Notes: generated from the letters alone by a model not told the origin. DNA of 64,000 nucleotides from Nostoc sp. (GCA_036918135.1 JBALDB010000006.1:64001-128000); one strand, 5' to 3'; positions 39,690-53,095 are shown, counted from the first letter of the stretch. Numbers and translations are program-made.

Positions 39690-39900
39690 TTGGGGACTGG
39701 GGAAGGTGGGACCCCCGCTGGGGATAAGGGGTAATGGGGATTGGGCATAGGGCATAGGGCATAGGGTAAGCCGTAGTGTGGGAGGTCTGGGAGGATGGGG
39801 AAGAAATCTTTCCCCCTTTCTCTTTCCACACTCCCCACACTCCCCACACTTCCCTATCTCCCTCATCTCCCTCACCTCCCCATCTCCCTACTCCCCACTC
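39690..39900. repeat. Cluster of short tandem repeats between convergent genes
   Basis: (GGGCATA)n, (TCCCCACAC)n, TGGGGA(C/T) and TCCC(C/T)CATC runs. Confidence 0.85.
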
Positions 39901-40808
39901 TCGATTCCCTCCTCTCCTGCATGGTAGGAACTACGAACCAGGGGCCCCGAACGGACGTGGCTGAATCCCATTTCCCATGCTAAGGAGCCGAGTTGAGCGA
40001 ATTCTTCTGGAGTCCAATATTTTTGGACTGGTAGATGTTCTAAAGAAGGACGCATATACTGGCCGATAGTCAAGCGATCGCATCCCACAGCCCTCAAGTC
40101 GGCCATTGCTTGGACTACTTCATCGCTAGTTTCTCCGTGTCCCAGCATCAAACCTGATTTGGTGGGAATTGTCGAATCTATTTCTTTGACCATAGCCAGC
40201 ACTTGCAGCGAGCGGTCGTACTTGGCTCCCCGGCGCACTGGCCCAGTTAACCGTCGCACTGTTTCAATGTTGTGGTTGAAACAAGCCACTTTGGCTTTGA
40301 CAATAGTAGCTATGCGCTGACGTTGACCCGATTCTCCACTGCCCGCGCCACCCCAAAAATCTGGGGTCAGCACTTCAATTTGAGTCTTTGGGTTGAATTG
40401 ACGGATAGTCGCGATCGTCTTCACAAAATGCCCTGCACCTCGATCGGGCAAATCATCACGGGCTACAGAAGTCAACACCACATAATGTAATCCTAACAGC
40501 TGCACTGCCTCGGCTACCTTTTGTGGTTCTTCTAAATCAATAGGCATTGGTGCATGACCTTTATCTACTTGACAGAAAGCACAAGAGCGTGTGCATGTAG
40601 GCCCCATAAGTAAAAAAGTTGCAGTTTTTTGGGCGTAGCACTCTCCCCGATTGGGACAACGACCTTCTTCACAAATTGTGTGAATTTGCCGCTGTTTAAT
40701 AATGCGTTGTACAGTAGAGATTTCGCTGGCTTTGCCAATGGAGCGACGTAGCCAGCTAGGCATTGCCATAATTTCAGACTTGAGTTCGGCTTGTTGTGAC
40801 GAAATCAT
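39888..40808 (-). CDS. lipA: Lipoyl synthase
   Basis: [20 protein letters not shown] and VRSSYHA. Confidence 0.95.
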   Translation of the reverse strand: MISSQQAELKSEIMAMPSWLRRSIGKASEISTVQRIIKQRQIHTICEEGRCPNRGECYAQKTATFLLMGPTCTRSCAFCQVDKGHAPMPIDLEEPQKVAEAVQLLGLHYVVLTSVARDDLPDRGAGHFVKTIATIRQFNPKTQIEVLTPDFWGGAGSGESGQRQRIATIVKAKVACFNHNIETVRRLTGPVRRGAKYDRSLQVLAMVKEIDSTIPTKSGLMLGHGETSDEVVQAMADLRAVGCDRLTIGQYMRPSLEHLPVQKYWTPEEFAQLGSLAWEMGFSHVRSGPLVRSSYHAGEEGIESGE

Positions 40809-41117
40809 CTCAAAATCTCCGAGAGTGTCGAAACAGCGTATCTTTGTCAGATGGGGATGTGCAGTGACGTAGAAAAAGAATTCTCCGTGTACCCTTATAG
40901 CTGATGCCTTAGATAAAGGCTAAAGCTTTAAATATCACAATGACACAAATTGAAAAGAACATAAGCAAAAGTTTTACAAAACACGTCTAATAGTGTTATT
41001 TATACCGAAATATACTATCCCCCAATTGATAGATATTTTGTATATAGTGGGAGAATTCTCAAGGACAATCGGCAAAGCCGCTATTTACACTTAAAGTTTC
41101 TGTTAGAGCAAACAGTC

Positions 41118-41780
41118 GTGGCAAGCAATAAAATTTTAGTTATCGATGACACTACAGTTGTCAGGGTAAAAGTACGAGAAATGTTGCCTCCAGGCAATTT
41201 TGAGGTATTGGAAGCAAAAGACGGGGTGGAAGGACTAAATTTCATCCTTCAGGAAAAACTCAGCTTGATTATGCTGGATTTTCTGTTACCTAAAATGAGT
41301 GGCTGGGAAGTTTTCCAGCAAGTTCAAGCTCATCCAGAGTTAAGGAAAATTCCTTTAGTGATTATGTCTGGTCGCAAAGAAGAGGTGACCGAGAAGATCC
41401 CAGAACCATTTGAATATTTTGAATTTTTGGGCAAGCCTTTCGATCAGAAGCAACTAATTGGCGCAATTAAGTTAGCTATGACTAAAGCGAAACAGCCACG
41501 CCCAGAACTAGTTGCAGTGGGAGCAGCAACCGCCAAGAATGGCACTATCACAACCTCTAGTGTCACAAGTACTACGGTAGCAACTTCTAGTGAGCCAAAT
41601 GCTATAGTCACAATCCCACCTGTCGCAAATACTACAATACCAACCTCTACCCCACCAGGAGTTTCCCAAGCGGAAATTGAGGCGTTGAACGATAAAATTG
41701 CCAAAATGCAAGCAGAAATTGATGGCTTGAAGAAGCAGCTAACTCAAGTTGTGGCTTTTATTAAACAAAAAATCAAATAA
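41118..41780 (+). CDS. Response regulator (REC + Thr-rich linker + coiled coil)
   Basis: ILVIDD, IMLDFLLPKMSG and KPF motifs; no DNA-binding domain recognised. Confidence 0.88.
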   Translation: MASNKILVIDDTTVVRVKVREMLPPGNFEVLEAKDGVEGLNFILQEKLSLIMLDFLLPKMSGWEVFQQVQAHPELRKIPLVIMSGRKEEVTEKIPEPFEYFEFLGKPFDQKQLIGAIKLAMTKAKQPRPELVAVGAATAKNGTITTSSVTSTTVATSSEPNAIVTIPPVANTTIPTSTPPGVSQAEIEALNDKIAKMQAEIDGLKKQLTQVVAFIKQKIK

Positions 41781-42342
41781 GCTAAAACACATTTAAATTG
41801 CATAACTACTTCACCTGGCTGTCCTTAGTCATTGATCAAAGGACAAACAACGGTCTTAACCAGAGAATATGCAACTTTGACGCATATTAGCTTAGTTGCG
41901 TTTGTGATTATCCTCTGCACCTTAAATTACGAATTAATAATTACTAATTACTAATTGCTTGGTCAGGGTAAGAGGATATTATTAACCTCAGTTGCTAGTC
42001 TAGCAAACCATCCCTAGATCCATTAAGTCTGCCGTAGTTTACTCTTAATTGAGTAGCTTGGCAGGCTTTTTCAATTGCTTTATAAGCATAGTACAAATAA
42101 AAATTTTAATACAATGTTTTCATAATTAAAGCAATAAATATAAAAATTAGTAAATATAATTATTTTTTAATCTAGTTATCAAACTAAAATTTTAAATATT
42201 TTGTTGGGTTTTATTTTTTAATAGAATTTTATTAAAAATAGATATATTTAATTAATAAATAAGTTTTATCAATTAATGATAACGATAGTTTAAAGACGGG
42301 AATACTAAACCATAGAAACAAAAATTATGAGCATAGGTTGCA

Positions 42343-45300
42343 ATGTCAATAGTACTAGATACACTATATGCGTTTCCTGGCTATCGCATTACTGAGCAAA
42401 TCTACTCAGGTAGTAAAACACTAGTTTATCGAGGTATTAGAGAACAAGACCAAAAGTTAGTCGTCATCAAATTGATGCGGAATGAATATCCAACATTCGG
42501 GGAAATTGCCCAGTTTCGCAATCAATATATCATCACTAAAAATCTCGACCTTCCTGGTATCGTCAAACCCTATAGCTTAGAAAACTACCGTAACAGCTAT
42601 ATTCTAGTGATGGAAGATTTTGGCGGTATTTGCCTTCAACAATGGCGAGTAGAAGACAAGGATAAAAAAGAAAATATAATTTCTCTAAATGAGTTTTTTG
42701 ACATTGCTATTAAAGTTGCTTCTATCCTTGAAGGATTGCACCGCGATCGCATTATTCACAAAGACATTAAGCCTGCCAATATCCTGATTAATCCAACTAG
42801 TGGCGAAATAAAAATCATCGACTTTAGTATTGCCACACTCCTGCCAAGAGAAATTCAATTTCTCACAAATCCCAACGTTTTAGAAGGTACTCTGGCTTAT
42901 ATTTCACCAGAACAAACTGGTAGGATGAACCGAGGTATTGACTACCGCACTGATTTTTATTCCCTTGGTGTCACCTTTTTTGAACTCCTCACCGGACAGT
43001 TACCCTTCACCAGCAAAGATCCGATGGAGTTAGTTTACTCTCACATTGCCAAACAACCGCTAAAAGCTAGCCGGATTAACTTCAATATTGCGCCAATTTT
43101 GTCTGATATTATCAGCAAGCTGATGGCCAAAAACGCCGAAGACCGCTATCAAAGTGCATTGGGGTTAAAGCATGATTTGCAAGTGTGTCAAAAGCAGTGG
43201 CAAGAGACAGGAAATATTACAGCTTTTAAACTAGGCAACCGCGATATCTCAGACCGTTTTGTAATCCCCGAAAAACTCTATGGTCGGCAAAATGAAGTTC
43301 AAACCCTACTCGTGGCTTTTGAGCGAGTTGCTAAACCCTTTGAATCTCATGCCAGATACTATCCTGCTGGTTCTCAGTCAGCGCACCCTCATATCGAGAA
43401 GGAATATAGGTCAGCAGAACTGACGCCGCATGCTTTAAGCCAGGAAACTCCTCCAACGAAGTGGCTCCCCAACGCAGTGTCTCCCCTTATTCAGAGGGGA
43501 CTCCCAGGAGTAGAAATGGTATTGGTCGCGGGTTTCTCTGGTATTGGCAAAACTGTTGTGGTCAATGAAGTCCACAAACCCATTGTGCGCCAGCGGAGTT
43601 ACTTCATTAAAGGAAAATTCGAGCAGTTTCAACGTGACATTCCCTTATCAGGGTTGGTGCAAGCTTTTCGAGACTTAATCGGGCAACTACTCTCAGAAAC
43701 TGATGCCCAAATTCAACAATGGAAAGCCAAGATACTCCAAGAATTAGGTACACAAACTCAAGTAATTATTGATGTAATTCCTGAACTAGAACAGATTATT
43801 GGCAAGCAACCTCCAGTTACAGAGCTTTCTGGCAGTGCTGCTCAAAATCGTTTTAATTTTTTGTTCCAGAAATTTATTCAAATTTTTACTACTAAGGAAC
43901 ATCCCCTGGTTATCTTTCTTGACGATCTACAATGGGCAGATACAGCTTCTTTAAGATTAATTCAGTTATTAATGTGTGAAAGTAGCTTGTCTAATATTTC
44001 AGAAGAAATAGAACAAATATCTGAAATTAAGAGAGGTTTGTTATTAATTGGTTCCTATCGAGATAATGAAGTTTCAAAAGCACATCCGCTTTATTTAACA
44101 CTACAACAAATTGAAGAAGCAGGTGCAAATATTAGTACTATTACCTTAAGCCCATTAAGTCAGGTTGATTTAAATCATTTAATTGCTGATACCCTTCATT
44201 GTCCGGAATTAGTTGCCGTCCCTCTAACTCAGATGGTGTTTGCTAAGACACAGGGAAACCCTTTCTTTTCTATTCAATTCCTCAAGTCTTTACATGAGGA
44301 AGGGCTAATTAGATTAAATTTTGATGTTGGTTATTGGCAGTATGATATTTCTCAAATTCAAGAATTAGCTCTTACAGATGATATAGTAGAATTTATCGCA
44401 ATTCAAATAGAAAAACTCCCAAAAAATACCCAAAAAGTTTTACAACTTGCTGCTTGTATTGGGAACCAATTTGACTTAAAAACTTTGGCGATCGTTCATG
44501 AAAAATCGGTAATAGATACAGCATCAGACTTGTGGCAAGCATTACTTGATGGGCTAATTTTACCACAGACTGAAATTTTCAATATTTTTCCAGCAGATGA
44601 TACTAATCAAGAGTTAATTGTTCGGGGAATAGGATCTACACAATTTGCAAGTGTTAATTTACAGATACCTAAATATAAATTCGTCCATGACCGGGTACAG
44701 CAAGCCGCTTATTCTTTAATTCCTGAAGAACAAAAAAAGCCAATTCATTTAAAAATAGGGCTACTGTTATTAAATAATATTCCAGTTGCAGAGCAGGAAG
44801 AAAGGATTTTTGAGCTTGTCAATCAGTTTAATATTGCAGTGGAATTTATTTGCCATCAAACTAAGCGAGATCAACTAGCGCAGATGAATTTAATTGCTGG
44901 ACGTAAAGCTTTAGCTTCAACAGCTTATCCAGCTGCGGTTAAATATTTAACTACTGGTATTCAATTACTGGCAGATGATAGTTGGGAGACAAATTATGAG
45001 CTAATCCTAGCTTTGTATGAAACAGCCGCAGAGGCGGCGTACTTGGACGGTGACTTTGAGCAAACCGAGCAATTAGCAGAGGTAGTATTGGCACGAGGGA
45101 AAACTCTCATAGATAAAGTTAAAGTTTACGAAGTAAAAATTAAAGCTTATGGGGCGCAGAACCAAGCACTCAAAGGAATTAATACTGCACTAGCCTTTTT
45201 GAAGCTTTTGGGAGTGGAGTTTCCTGAACATCCAAGCCAATCTGATGTTCAGCTAGTAATGGCAGAAATAGCATCAAATCTGGCTGGTAGGCGTATTGAA

Positions 45301-48228
45301 GATTTAATTGACCTACCAGAAATGACAGAAGCTCAAATGCTGGCAGTTATGAATATTCTATCGAGTACTCATGCTTTAACCTATCAAGCTACTCCTGAAC
45401 TATTCGCACTGTTTCTTATTAAACAAATCGACTTATCCCTACAGTATGGTAACGCACCATTGTCTGCCTTTGCTTATGTTAATTATGGAGTAATACTGTG
45501 CGGGCTAGTGGGAGATATTGAGTCTGGCTATCAATTTGGCAAACTAGCTGTAAATCTTTTGTCTAGGTTACAAATTAAAGAAATTAGTGCAAAAATTCTT
45601 AGTTCTTTTAATCCAATTGTTAGACCTTGGAAGGAACACGCCAAGGAAATATTAAAACCGTTATTGCAAGCTTACTTTCTTGGTACTGAAACAGGAGACT
45701 TAGAGTTTGCTGCTTATAGTCTACACGCTTATTCTTACTGTTCATATTTTATTGGTAGGGAACTGTCAGGTTTAGAACAAGAAATAGCAAATTATAATAA
45801 TGCTACCAGACAGATGAAACAAGAAATAGTATTTAAATGGAATACTATTTATTGGCAGAGTGTATTGAACTTGTTAGGGCGTGCAGAAAAATCATCTTAT
45901 TTAATTGGTGAAGTTTATAACGAAGAAAAAATGTTACCACTTCACTGGGAAACTAAAGATAGACTCGGACTTCTATATCTCTATGTTAGCAAACTTCATC
46001 TGTGTTATCTATTCCAAGAATTTCATCAAGCAGTTGAAAATGCCACACAGGCAAAAGGGTATTTAGATATTGCAATAGGACATTTAGTTGTTCCAATTTT
46101 ATATTTTTATGATTCTTTAGCAGGTCTGGCTATTTATTGTGATGTATCCATCTCTGAGCAAAAATGCATCCTCGATCGCGTTCAAGCTAATCAAGAAAAA
46201 ATGAAGGTTTGGGCACATCATGCCCCAATGAATTATTTACACAAATATTGTCTTGTAGAGGCTGAACGGTATCGGATTGGCTGTCAATATCTCGATGCAA
46301 TAGAATTGTACGATCGCGCTATTACCCTGGCTAAAGAACATGAGTATGTTAATGAAGAAGCACTCGCTCAAGAACTCACCGCCAAATTCTATCTAGAATG
46401 GGGGAAACATAAGATTGCCCAAAGCTACCTCACAGATGCTTACTATAGCTATGTTCGTTGGGGAGCGGTAGCAAAAGTTGAGGATTTGGTAAAACGCTAT
46501 CCCCTATTACTCGCTCCTGTATTTCAGCAAGAAAAACTAAAACTGAATATCCATTCCAGCCAAGAAAGTACTTCTCGGAATAACATATCTCTATCTAGTT
46601 TGAGCAATCAACAAACTATGATTGGCTCAAAGACAAGTATTTCTGATTCTCTAGATTTGGCTGCATTTATTAAAGCATCTCAAGCACTGTCTGAGGAAAT
46701 TGAGCTTGAGCGACTGCTTTCTACTTTAATGGAAGTTGCGATCGAGAATGCAGGAGCCTCTAAATGCGCTTTGATTTTAAGCGAAGATGATAGTTTACCA
46801 TTAACTGTTATGGCAGTTTGTTCAAGTTCGACTTTTGAGCATCCTTATACAGAGTTTCCATCAATTTCTTTAGAATCAAGCTACGATGTTCCCATTACTT
46901 TGATTAACTACGTTAAACGCTCCAGAGAAATCTTGGTTATTGATGATGCAATGGCTGTTTCTTTTTTAACAACCGATAGCTATATTATCTGTGAGGAACC
47001 CAAAAGTTTATTGTCTATACCTATTCTCAATCAAGGTAAATTAATTGGGATTCTTTATCTAGAAAATAATTTAACGACTGGAGCATTTACACGCCATCGT
47101 ATAGAAGTCCTGAAACTCCTCACCACTCAAGCAGCAATATCTCTAAAAAATGCTATTCTCTACAAAAATTTGGTACAAGCTAAAGAAAGCTTGGAGAAAT
47201 ACAACCATACTCTAGAGCAAAAAGTCAATGAGAGAACTCAGGAACTAAACGATAAAAATGAAAGATTACAACAAGCTATACAAGAACTGAAACGCACTCA
47301 AATTCAGTTAATTCAAAGTGAAAAAATGTCTTCTTTAGGTCAAATGGTAGCAGGAATTGCCCATGAAATTAATAATCCAATTAATTTTATTCATGGGAAT
47401 ATTGCTCATACTAGTGAATATGTCCAGTATTTACTGGATTTGATAGCTGTTTATCAGCGAGAATACCCTGGTTATTCGCCTGCAATTGAGGAGAAATTAG
47501 AGGAAATAGACATAGAATTTTTAGCAGAAGACTTGCCAAAAATTCTAGATTCGATGAAGATTGGAAGTTCGCGTATCCGCACTATTGTTTTGGGCTTACG
47601 CAACTTTTCTCGCCTTGATGAATACGAGATGAAACCTGTAGATATTCATGAAGGAATAGACAACACTTTAATGATTTTGCAGCATCGAATTAAAAGAAAA
47701 TCTCTAGACACAAAGCAGGGTATGGCTATCAATTTTTCGGAAGTAAAAATTATCAAAGAATATGGAAATATTCCAGAAGTTACTTGTTACGCAGGTCAGC
47801 TAAATCAGGTATTTATGAATATCTTAAGTAATGCGCTCGATGCTTTAGAAGAGTCATTTTTCATTAGTCATCAGTTATTCGTAAATAACCCACAGAAAAA
47901 TTCCAATAGAGATTTGCAACCATCAGAAGGTCAAGAAAAAATAAAAAATTATCAAGGAGAAATTCGTATATCTACTCAATTAACAGATTCTAATACGGTG
48001 ATGATTCGGATTGCCGATAACGGTTCTGGGATGACAGAAGCCGTGCAGCAGAAAATTTTTGACCCATTTTTTACCACCAAGTCGGTAGGAAGCGGTACAG
48101 GTTTAGGGTTGTCGATTAGCTATCAGATTATCGTAGACAAGCACAAGGGTAGTTTAACCTGTAATTCCATACTAAAAGAGGGGACTGAGTTCTTGATTGA
48201 GATACCGATGCAACAATCAAGTATCTAA
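42343..48228 (+). CDS. Ser/Thr kinase - AAA ATPase - GAF - histidine kinase
   Basis: [62 protein letters not shown]. Confidence 0.93.
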   Translation: MSIVLDTLYAFPGYRITEQIYSGSKTLVYRGIREQDQKLVVIKLMRNEYPTFGEIAQFRNQYIITKNLDLPGIVKPYSLENYRNSYILVMEDFGGICLQQWRVEDKDKKENIISLNEFFDIAIKVASILEGLHRDRIIHKDIKPANILINPTSGEIKIIDFSIATLLPREIQFLTNPNVLEGTLAYISPEQTGRMNRGIDYRTDFYSLGVTFFELLTGQLPFTSKDPMELVYSHIAKQPLKASRINFNIAPILSDIISKLMAKNAEDRYQSALGLKHDLQVCQKQWQETGNITAFKLGNRDISDRFVIPEKLYGRQNEVQTLLVAFERVAKPFESHARYYPAGSQSAHPHIEKEYRSAELTPHALSQETPPTKWLPNAVSPLIQRGLPGVEMVLVAGFSGIGKTVVVNEVHKPIVRQRSYFIKGKFEQFQRDIPLSGLVQAFRDLIGQLLSETDAQIQQWKAKILQELGTQTQVIIDVIPELEQIIGKQPPVTELSGSAAQNRFNFLFQKFIQIFTTKEHPLVIFLDDLQWADTASLRLIQLLMCESSLSNISEEIEQISEIKRGLLLIGSYRDNEVSKAHPLYLTLQQIEEAGANISTITLSPLSQVDLNHLIADTLHCPELVAVPLTQMVFAKTQGNPFFSIQFLKSLHEEGLIRLNFDVGYWQYDISQIQELALTDDIVEFIAIQIEKLPKNTQKVLQLAACIGNQFDLKTLAIVHEKSVIDTASDLWQALLDGLILPQTEIFNIFPADDTNQELIVRGIGSTQFASVNLQIPKYKFVHDRVQQAAYSLIPEEQKKPIHLKIGLLLLNNIPVAEQEERIFELVNQFNIAVEFICHQTKRDQLAQMNLIAGRKALASTAYPAAVKYLTTGIQLLADDSWETNYELILALYETAAEAAYLDGDFEQTEQLAEVVLARGKTLIDKVKVYEVKIKAYGAQNQALKGINTALAFLKLLGVEFPEHPSQSDVQLVMAEIASNLAGRRIEDLIDLPEMTEAQMLAVMNILSSTHALTYQATPELFALFLIKQIDLSLQYGNAPLSAFAYVNYGVILCGLVGDIESGYQFGKLAVNLLSRLQIKEISAKILSSFNPIVRPWKEHAKEILKPLLQAYFLGTETGDLEFAAYSLHAYSYCSYFIGRELSGLEQEIANYNNATRQMKQEIVFKWNTIYWQSVLNLLGRAEKSSYLIGEVYNEEKMLPLHWETKDRLGLLYLYVSKLHLCYLFQEFHQAVENATQAKGYLDIAIGHLVVPILYFYDSLAGLAIYCDVSISEQKCILDRVQANQEKMKVWAHHAPMNYLHKYCLVEAERYRIGCQYLDAIELYDRAITLAKEHEYVNEEALAQELTAKFYLEWGKHKIAQSYLTDAYYSYVRWGAVAKVEDLVKRYPLLLAPVFQQEKLKLNIHSSQESTSRNNISLSSLSNQQTMIGSKTSISDSLDLAAFIKASQALSEEIELERLLSTLMEVAIENAGASKCALILSEDDSLPLTVMAVCSSSTFEHPYTEFPSISLESSYDVPITLINYVKRSREILVIDDAMAVSFLTTDSYIICEEPKSLLSIPILNQGKLIGILYLENNLTTGAFTRHRIEVLKLLTTQAAISLKNAILYKNLVQAKESLEKYNHTLEQKVNERTQELNDKNERLQQAIQELKRTQIQLIQSEKMSSLGQMVAGIAHEINNPINFIHGNIAHTSEYVQYLLDLIAVYQREYPGYSPAIEEKLEEIDIEFLAEDLPKILDSMKIGSSRIRTIVLGLRNFSRLDEYEMKPVDIHEGIDNTLMILQHRIKRKSLDTKQGMAINFSEVKIIKEYGNIPEVTCYAGQLNQVFMNILSNALDALEESFFISHQLFVNNPQKNSNRDLQPSEGQEKIKNYQGEIRISTQLTDSNTVMIRIADNGSGMTEAVQQKIFDPFFTTKSVGSGTGLGLSISYQIIVDKHKGSLTCNSILKEGTEFLIEIPMQQSSI

Positions 48229-48233
48229 ACTAA

Positions 48234-48339
48234 TAAGTAGGTCAAGATGAAAAACGTAAGATAGAATCTTTGCGATTATTTTGCTTGACTCTGTTTTGCT
48301 CGTAATCACATTTCACGTTTAATTAGGTTGAGCTACTTA
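48234..48339. mobile_element. MITE-like element
   Basis: TAAGTAG...CTACTTA inverted ends with inner AAAACGT/ACGTTT. Confidence 0.6.
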
Positions 48340-48426
48340 CCAATTCTGTTAAGATTGAATTTTAAAAACCCAGTTGGTTAGGAAAACTAGGTTTCTAAGA
48401 GCGATCGAAACAACTCTGACAAGCTA

Positions 48427-49818
48427 CTAGGATACTGGTGCAGTTGTTATCTTCGCTAATAACTTTCGACGCACACGTCGCCCTGTGATTACCATCTTAA
48501 TTCCAGTAGCAGGTGCTAAGGTAAAACCTCGACGCTGAAGTTGCTCAGGTTGCTGATTAGTTAGTGCGAATTGAAAGTGTGAAAGGAAAGTCGCTAATAC
48601 TAATTTCATTTGAAATGAGGCCAAAGCCTCACCCATACAACGACGGACACCACCACCAAAAGGCAGAAATTCATAGGGAGAAAATTGGCGTTCTAAAAAG
48701 CGTTCTGGTCGAAACTCCTTAGGTTGGGGATATATATCTTCACGTTGATGAGCAAGATAAACATTGGGAATTACCACCGTTCCAGGCTCTAAAGGATGTC
48801 TCAAAAGTTCAACTGATTCTTGCACCACTCTAGGGAATAAAAGCATCAAAACAGGATGAATTCGCAAGGTTTCATTACAGACAGCAGTGAGATATGGCAG
48901 TCGATAAATGCTCATCGGATCTGGGGAATCGCCAAGGATATCCAGTTCCTGAAGCAGTTTTTCACGAACTTGCGGCTTGTGGTAAATCCAGTAGAAGCCC
49001 CAAGCTATTGCTGTTGCTGTAGTTTCATATCCTGCAATTATCAGGCTCATCAACTGATCGCGTAATTGCTCGTCTGTCATCAATTGACCATTTTCATCTT
49101 GAGCTGATATTAGTAAGGAGAGGATATCGACGCGTTCTGAATTATGTTGTTGTCGGCGTTCGGCAATTTCAGCGTAGAGCAATTGATCGATTGTCTGCCG
49201 TTCGCGCAGAAATTTTCCCCAAGGACTCCAAGCTCCCAAATCCTGTTGCAAGAATGAGAAAAAGAAAAAACTGGAAGTGAGGGGTGAGCGAAACAGATCT
49301 AACATCAATGGCAGTAGATGCTGAAGTTTCTCAAATCTTTCTCCTTCATGCAAGCCTAATACAATCTGTAAGATGAGTTGTAAAGATATTTTCTGTGTGA
49401 TGTTACGAGCCAAAAACGGTTGATTGAGTGGTATCTGACTAAAGACTTTCTTGCTCAGATTACAGATTAGTTCACCGTAGACATGCATTCGCTGTCCGTG
49501 AAAACAAGGCGTCATCAATTGTCGTAGCCGTTTGTGAGGACTGCCATCAAGCATGAGGATTGAATTTTCTCCCACAAAGGCTTTAGTAATTCTGTTGAGT
49601 TCGCCAGCAGCTACAAATTTCTTTCTATCATTGGTTAAAATTTCTTGGATTGCCTGAGGATGATTGACAAATACTATAGTGTCCCCAAAGCCAATTGTCC
49701 TACCAGTAAAAATGTCGGGATATTGTTGAGCTGCATTTTCCATGTAGCGTACTGGGTCAATAACCCACTGAAGCTTTTGTAGCAAAGAAGGAGTTTTCAG
49801 AGGATTTGGTAGTTGCAT
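48427..49818 (-). CDS. Cytochrome P450 (CYP110-like)
   Basis: AGYETTA, ETLR, PERF and FGGGVRRCMG heme motif. Confidence 0.95.
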   Translation of the reverse strand: MQLPNPLKTPSLLQKLQWVIDPVRYMENAAQQYPDIFTGRTIGFGDTIVFVNHPQAIQEILTNDRKKFVAAGELNRITKAFVGENSILMLDGSPHKRLRQLMTPCFHGQRMHVYGELICNLSKKVFSQIPLNQPFLARNITQKISLQLILQIVLGLHEGERFEKLQHLLPLMLDLFRSPLTSSFFFFSFLQQDLGAWSPWGKFLRERQTIDQLLYAEIAERRQQHNSERVDILSLLISAQDENGQLMTDEQLRDQLMSLIIAGYETTATAIAWGFYWIYHKPQVREKLLQELDILGDSPDPMSIYRLPYLTAVCNETLRIHPVLMLLFPRVVQESVELLRHPLEPGTVVIPNVYLAHQREDIYPQPKEFRPERFLERQFSPYEFLPFGGGVRRCMGEALASFQMKLVLATFLSHFQFALTNQQPEQLQRRGFTLAPATGIKMVITGRRVRRKLLAKITTAPVS

Positions 49819-49949
49819 GTGGATTTTAAGTCGAAACTAAAATACAAAAATTGCATTAGCTGGAATAAACCCTTAACAGAATAAGGTAAGGTTCATGTGT
49901 GATAAACTTTCAACGCAATGGTGTACCTCTGAGGTATCTTTATTTATTA

Positions 49950-50933
49950 TCAAAATAGAGCGAAATTGTTTTGAGTTAACTCCAATCTTTTTATCGTTTC
50001 ATAGCGACCAGAGTGGTAATACCAATTTAGGTTCGCAGATATCCAGCTATGTATTCCTGATATATATTTTGCCAGTTCAGCATCTAATTCCTCTCCAAAT
50101 GATGGAATAGATAATTCAAACTCTTTCAAGCGATGCACTTCTTGATTGTGCATTTCGCTAGCTGCGATCGTTGCTTTTTCTAAAGAAAGCATTTGTTGAT
50201 GATGAATTAGCAATACCAAATTATGAACATCACCACTTGACATTTCTCGATGTACGGAGAAAATATCATTACACCAGGCAAGAATATTAATTGTCATTAT
50301 TTTTAACTCTTTCATCACCTGATGATTCCGGAAAAACTCAGGAATTGTTATATAGTCACAAAATTCCATCAATGCAAGGCAAAGATACCCACCTAAACTT
50401 AACCTTCGTATAAGCATATAACTCTCAACATCAGGTGTAATTTCATGTAGGCGGTTAATTGCTTCTTGAACACATCCATCAAAGTAGCCTTGATAACGAT
50501 CAACAAAGTAATGAAACCATTCTTTGCTGCCTATTTTAAGTATCCGTTCTCGTAAATCCCTTAAGGCATAAGCAAGTGGTATATCCTTACTCGTAAGTTC
50601 TCCACCGTTCAATATTTCTAAAAATCTCCGATGAAAATTTTTGAGAACATCGGGTTGTCTTCCTAAATTTGATAAATCACACTGATCGTCCCAAATAAAC
50701 ACCCAGCTCAACCAATCATTTGCAATTTTCAATTCTTCAAGCTGGCAATTAGGATAGGCACTTGCTGCTAAAAAGAAAAATTTTGATTTGCAAAAACGCT
50801 TATAAGATGATTCATTAGCTAAGAGGTTAAACTGAAGTACCCATTCAACAGCGTGCTTTTCTAAAATATCAACATGCTTATTGATTTGGGGTGAAAATGG
50901 ACAGTATAAACCGGAAGAAAGTAATTGCTGCAT
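49950..50933 (-). CDS. Class I terpene (sesquiterpene) synthase
   Basis: DDQCD (DDxxD), NDIFSVHRE (NSE triad) and WYYHSGRY (WxxxxxRY). Confidence 0.92.
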   Translation of the reverse strand: MQQLLSSGLYCPFSPQINKHVDILEKHAVEWVLQFNLLANESSYKRFCKSKFFFLAASAYPNCQLEELKIANDWLSWVFIWDDQCDLSNLGRQPDVLKNFHRRFLEILNGGELTSKDIPLAYALRDLRERILKIGSKEWFHYFVDRYQGYFDGCVQEAINRLHEITPDVESYMLIRRLSLGGYLCLALMEFCDYITIPEFFRNHQVMKELKIMTINILAWCNDIFSVHREMSSGDVHNLVLLIHHQQMLSLEKATIAASEMHNQEVHRLKEFELSIPSFGEELDAELAKYISGIHSWISANLNWYYHSGRYETIKRLELTQNNFALF

Positions 50934-51672
50934 AAAAAAATTCTGCCTTAACAGTCATATTCACAAATGATTTCCATGAGAAAAAAGTCAATAAACTTTT
51001 AAAAATCTATGACAGATTTGATGAAAAAATTCTCTGTAATACCACATTTTTTGAAGGATATAACTGAAATTAACCTCAGTTTTAGTAGCGCTTAAATGTA
51101 TTTGAATATTTCAAAACTTAATTGGTTATTGTTCAACTTTTTTTTGGAAAATATAACCGTAATTATCTGTAATTATATTTATTACAAAAATAATAGCTAC
51201 ATTATTGTAAATACTGTTGACAAACTATAAAAAATTACTTATTGGTTAAAACAAATTTTTATTTATTATCTAAGAAAAATAGTATTTTGGATTAACGCTA
51301 ATTCTATAAAAAGACAAGGGTAATAATAACTAATTTTATAAAAGAGTATATTCAAATTTAGTAAAAACAAAGATTTGCTATTTTATATCCATCTGTAGCC
51401 ATCGCCCTTGTAGTCAGCTATAAGCAATTTAATATCAGAATGTTGCTGTTATCTGATTTTTTGGGAACTATAGGATTGTTAGATGATAAATTTCTCAGTT
51501 AGTGCATTAATAAAATAGAGGTGGCTTAGTTGCAATCGCAGAGCAAATATAGCAATCATGTTTGAGTTGTGAAATTAGTCGTGAAGGCAAGTAATAAACA
51601 ATAGATTTTTTTACGAAAGATTTAGAATTGCCATAACGAACAAGTAGCAAAGAGTTAAATTAATTTAAATAC

Positions 51673-52995
51673 ATGAATTATCAACCATTTATCCAAATGC
51701 CTAATATTCCAGAAAACAATTTAATTTTAGTGGTAGATGATACTACTACTAATTTAAAAATTGTCTTTGAAATCTTAACTAATGCAGGCTTTGAAGTAAT
51801 AACAGAAGTTAATGGAGAAAAGGCACTTAAACAGGTTGAATCTAGATTACCTGATTTGATTTTGTTAGATGTAATGATGCCAAAAATAGATGGTTTTGAG
51901 ACATGTAAAAAGTTGAAAGAAAATTATGAAACTTGTGATATTCCTGTAATTTTTATGACAGGGAACTCAGATACAGAAAGTAAAATAAAAGGTCTAAATA
52001 TCGGTGCGGTTGACTACATTACAAAACCATTTCATGAGCAAGAACTATTAGCTAGAATTAAAACCCATCTTCAGTTAAGAAATCTCACAAAAACTTTAGA
52101 AAAACGAGTTGCAGAAAGAACAGCAGCCTTGTCTAAGGCACTAAAAAATTTACAAGAATCGCAACTCCAGCTTGTACAGACAGAAAAAATGTCTGCTCTT
52201 GGTCAATTAGTTGCAGGAGTTGCTCATGAAATTAATAATCCAGTTGGTTTCATTCATGGCAATCTCGGACACGCTTGGGTATATTTCCAAGCCATGATTA
52301 AGCTCATTGACCTTTATCAACAGTATTATCCTCATCCAGTTGCAGAAATTCAAGAAGAAATTGCAGCAATGGATTTGCAGTATATGCTTTCCGATCTACC
52401 TAATTTGATTTATTCGATGAAAGAAGGTGTTCAACGGATTCGTAACATCAGTACCAGTCTACGAAACTTTTCAAGAGCAGATAGCGATCGCAAAGTTTCT
52501 TGCGACATTCACGATGGTATTGATAGCACAATCATGATCCTCAAACACCGCTTAAAAGCATCAGAATTTCGTCCTAATATTGAAGTTATTAAATATTATG
52601 ATAATTTCTCAGAAATAGAATGCTTCAGCGGACAACTTAATCAGGTATTTATGAATTTATTAGCTAATGCTATTGATGCTTTGGAAGAGTCTAATTTAGG
52701 ACGTAGCTATGATGAGATTGAAGCATGTCCTAATAAAATTTGGATTCAAACCAGCCTGATTAAAAATAAAAATCATGTCTTGATTCGGATTAAAGATAAT
52801 GGTGTGGGAATGTCAGCTGATGTCCAGCAAAAAATATTTGACAATTTATTCACCACTAAACCCGTGGGTCAAGGTACGGGATTAGGATTGTCTATTGCTC
52901 GTCAAATTGTTGTGGATAAACATGGAGGAACTCTAGAGGTAAACTCAGCCCCAGGAAAAGGTTCAGAGTTTATCATTACTATTCCAATTTCCTAA
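51673..52995 (+). CDS. Hybrid REC-histidine kinase
   Basis: ILVVDD, LILLDVMMP, AHEINNP, GTGLGLS. Confidence 0.92.
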   Translation: MNYQPFIQMPNIPENNLILVVDDTTTNLKIVFEILTNAGFEVITEVNGEKALKQVESRLPDLILLDVMMPKIDGFETCKKLKENYETCDIPVIFMTGNSDTESKIKGLNIGAVDYITKPFHEQELLARIKTHLQLRNLTKTLEKRVAERTAALSKALKNLQESQLQLVQTEKMSALGQLVAGVAHEINNPVGFIHGNLGHAWVYFQAMIKLIDLYQQYYPHPVAEIQEEIAAMDLQYMLSDLPNLIYSMKEGVQRIRNISTSLRNFSRADSDRKVSCDIHDGIDSTIMILKHRLKASEFRPNIEVIKYYDNFSEIECFSGQLNQVFMNLLANAIDALEESNLGRSYDEIEACPNKIWIQTSLIKNKNHVLIRIKDNGVGMSADVQQKIFDNLFTTKPVGQGTGLGLSIARQIVVDKHGGTLEVNSAPGKGSEFIITIPIS

Positions 52996-53095
52996 AATAG
53001 CAAAACTTCATCAATCAATTATTCAATAAAATATATAAAAAACATAATTCCCTGAGTTCTTAGAGAAGTCAGTAATTTATGTATTTCAGGATAAA

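Noticed and set aside
39594..39983. Five overlapping short ORFs
   Set aside because: Products of low-complexity tandem repeats.
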